In this document: in pieces, positions 62,305 to 64,000 of the stretch
How positions within the stretch are numbered: the stretch's first letter is position 1
How the letters are laid out: each line of letters begins with the position of its first letter
Origin: Promethearchaeota archaeon
Lineage (GTDB): Archaea; Asgardarchaeota; Lokiarchaeia; Sigyniarchaeales; SOKP01
Length of the DNA: 64,000 bases
NCBI GenBank assembly: GCA_019058445.1
Contig: JAHPZA010000009.1
Span: 582,410-646,409 of the forward strand
Direction of reading: 5' to 3'
The notes under the pieces: model-generated
The model's input: the letters and a program-made list of their open reading frames with translations, nothing else
Told to the model about the DNA's origin: nothing
The model's database searches: none
Made by a program: the position numbers and the translations under genes

Positions 62305-63093
62305 TCACATAATAGAAAAGAATTTAAACACAGAACTTGGGTCAAATTGAATGATTTTTTCTAAGGGGATAAATGTGTTAAGAACTAAATAGGATCTTAG
62401 ATCTTCTTCCTTATTCAATTCATCCTGCAATATGATTTCTCGCATCTTTTGATTAAATTCCTTAACTAATTTATCATAGGATTTCTTTCCCTTTTCAGTA
62501 AGAAACCACGCATTATACTTTATGCGATTATCAAGGTATACGTTCCGATAATTGACACCTGAATCAGATTTTTCCATTAAACTGGAATCATCAATAACTT
62601 TATATATCTGGTTAATTAGATCAAATATATTTATAATTAATTGGAAAAATGTTATATCATTTTGAATAACATAGTGAAATAGTTCTCGATTTTCTTTTTT
62701 TTGTAAGTTTTCTAAATCTTCAAAATTAACAGATAATTTCTCAAGTAAATCAGGGATTAATTCATAAATGTTCGAATCTGTTGTTCCTCGTTTTTTTTTA
62801 GTGGAAATTTTGATTATATCATCAAATTTCTTTAAATGATGAGATGTTGTAGATTTTACTCTTCCAAGTAGCGTACTTAACTCTGTTAAACTTAATTTTC
62901 TGAAAACGATTAATAAGAGTATTAATCGGAGGCGAGTCAAATCATTTAATAATGATAATGTATGTATTCTCTGTTTATATTTATCTTTGAGTGCTTTTGA
63001 ATCTTTTCCTGCTTTTATATCAGAATTCATTTCATTCATTATAATCTGAATAATTATATAATAATAATTATTAAAAATTTTAAATAGAAGCAT
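62305..63093 (-). CDS. ArsR-like winged-helix regulator
   Basis: TRLRLI..L..LSLTELS......STTSHHLKK. Confidence 0.8.
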   Translation of the reverse strand: MLLFKIFNNYYYIIIQIIMNEMNSDIKAGKDSKALKDKYKQRIHTLSLLNDLTRLRLILLLIVFRKLSLTELSTLLGRVKSTTSHHLKKFDDIIKISTKKKRGTTDSNIYELIPDLLEKLSVNFEDLENLQKKENRELFHYVIQNDITFFQLIINIFDLINQIYKVIDDSSLMEKSDSGVNYRNVYLDNRIKYNAWFLTEKGKKSYDKLVKEFNQKMREIILQDELNKEEDLRSYLVLNTFIPLEKIIQFDPSSVFKFFSIM

Positions 63094-63149
63094 TTGTCTA
63101 TAATTATATCAATAGAATAAATTAATTAAACAAATAAGTAGAGAATAGA

Positions 63150-63884
63150 ATGGTTGTATTAACTCCGATTTTTATGGCAACGGGAATATTCTCTGTTATC
63201 TGGGTTGGATTTGGTACGCTTATCGGAATACTATTTTTAAAAAAATATTATTCGTTGAAATACCGACCTATGCTTCTATGGGGATTATGCTGGCTATTAT
63301 TAATGAAATTTTGGTGGCCTTATGCGATAAATTTTGTATTAATTCTCATGGGGGGAGAAACGTTGCCTTTAAAAATCATTGCCTTAATTGCTCTTACCAC
63401 GTCTCCCTTCCATTTTATTTTATGGATGGCAGCATGGGTGGATATTATGTATGAAAAGCAGTTCAAGTTAAGTGTTTCAATTATGCTTATCTATGGAATA
63501 ATTTTTCAGATAATCTTCTGGACGTTATTTTTTATTGATTTATCATTTATTCTGGTTTTAAATAGCCCATTTGATTATACCTTTGTTGGAATTATACAAC
63601 TCTTAGTGCTTGGAGAACTTATTACTTTTGTACTAAGTGCAATGCTTTTATATATTAAGGGACGTACGTCATTAGATCCTATAATTAGAGTAAAAAGATT
63701 GCTCTTTTTTTTACACGCCATAGCCTTCTTCATAGGTGTTATGTTAGATGTAGCATTTTCGGATTTTATTACGATAATGGTATCTAGAATCATAATGATG
63801 GTAGCTCCATTGTGCCTCTATCTTTCTGAAGCTTACCCCAAAGGAATGGAAAAATTACTTCTTAGGAACCAGAGATTGAAATAA
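63150..63884 (+). CDS. Approximately 7-TM membrane protein
   Basis: Seven hydrophobic segments; no retinal-binding Lys motif seen. Confidence 0.75.
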   Translation: MVVLTPIFMATGIFSVIWVGFGTLIGILFLKKYYSLKYRPMLLWGLCWLLLMKFWWPYAINFVLILMGGETLPLKIIALIALTTSPFHFILWMAAWVDIMYEKQFKLSVSIMLIYGIIFQIIFWTLFFIDLSFILVLNSPFDYTFVGIIQLLVLGELITFVLSAMLLYIKGRTSLDPIIRVKRLLFFLHAIAFFIGVMLDVAFSDFITIMVSRIIMMVAPLCLYLSEAYPKGMEKLLLRNQRLK

Positions 63885-64000
63885 TAATTTTTAATTAATC
63901 ATAATAAGGAATAAAAATTAGTTCTAAAAATAATAAAAAAAAATTAATTTAATAGAATTTTAATTTGAATTGTATTTTAACGGTAGATACCCATATCTTT

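Noticed and set aside
63150-63884. Rhodopsin
   Set aside because: No DxxxK/SxxxK-type retinal Lys in the last helix.

Overview
AT-rich, gene-dense archaeal DNA, most likely an Asgard archaeon (Lokiarchaeia-like). This rests on an actin-related protein, an MglA-type small GTPase, a roadblock protein, a Vps29-like phosphoesterase, cofE, gatAB and bacterial-type gyrAB. No rRNA, tRNA, CRISPR array or transposase was recognised. Main finding: gyrB (minus strand) actually starts at 25988. Its conserved GLEGV|RKRP motif is interrupted by a 30-nt insert (25893-25922) carrying two in-frame stops. The junctions fold into a bulge-helix-bulge-like structure, and cutting at the standard splicing-endonuclease positions restores the motif exactly, so this is a candidate tRNA-type intron in an mRNA. 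Other notable items: an operon around the actin-related protein (WH2-like protein, ARP, CHAT protein lacking its catalytic dyad, PLD-like protein lacking HKD); a CDC48-N-like/vWA fusion with a Pro-rich repeat; a GNAT/ThiF/PP-loop cluster containing an unannotated 36-aa ORF; probable non-AUG starts; and two genes split by a single stop. All calls come from reading motifs by eye; no database search was run.
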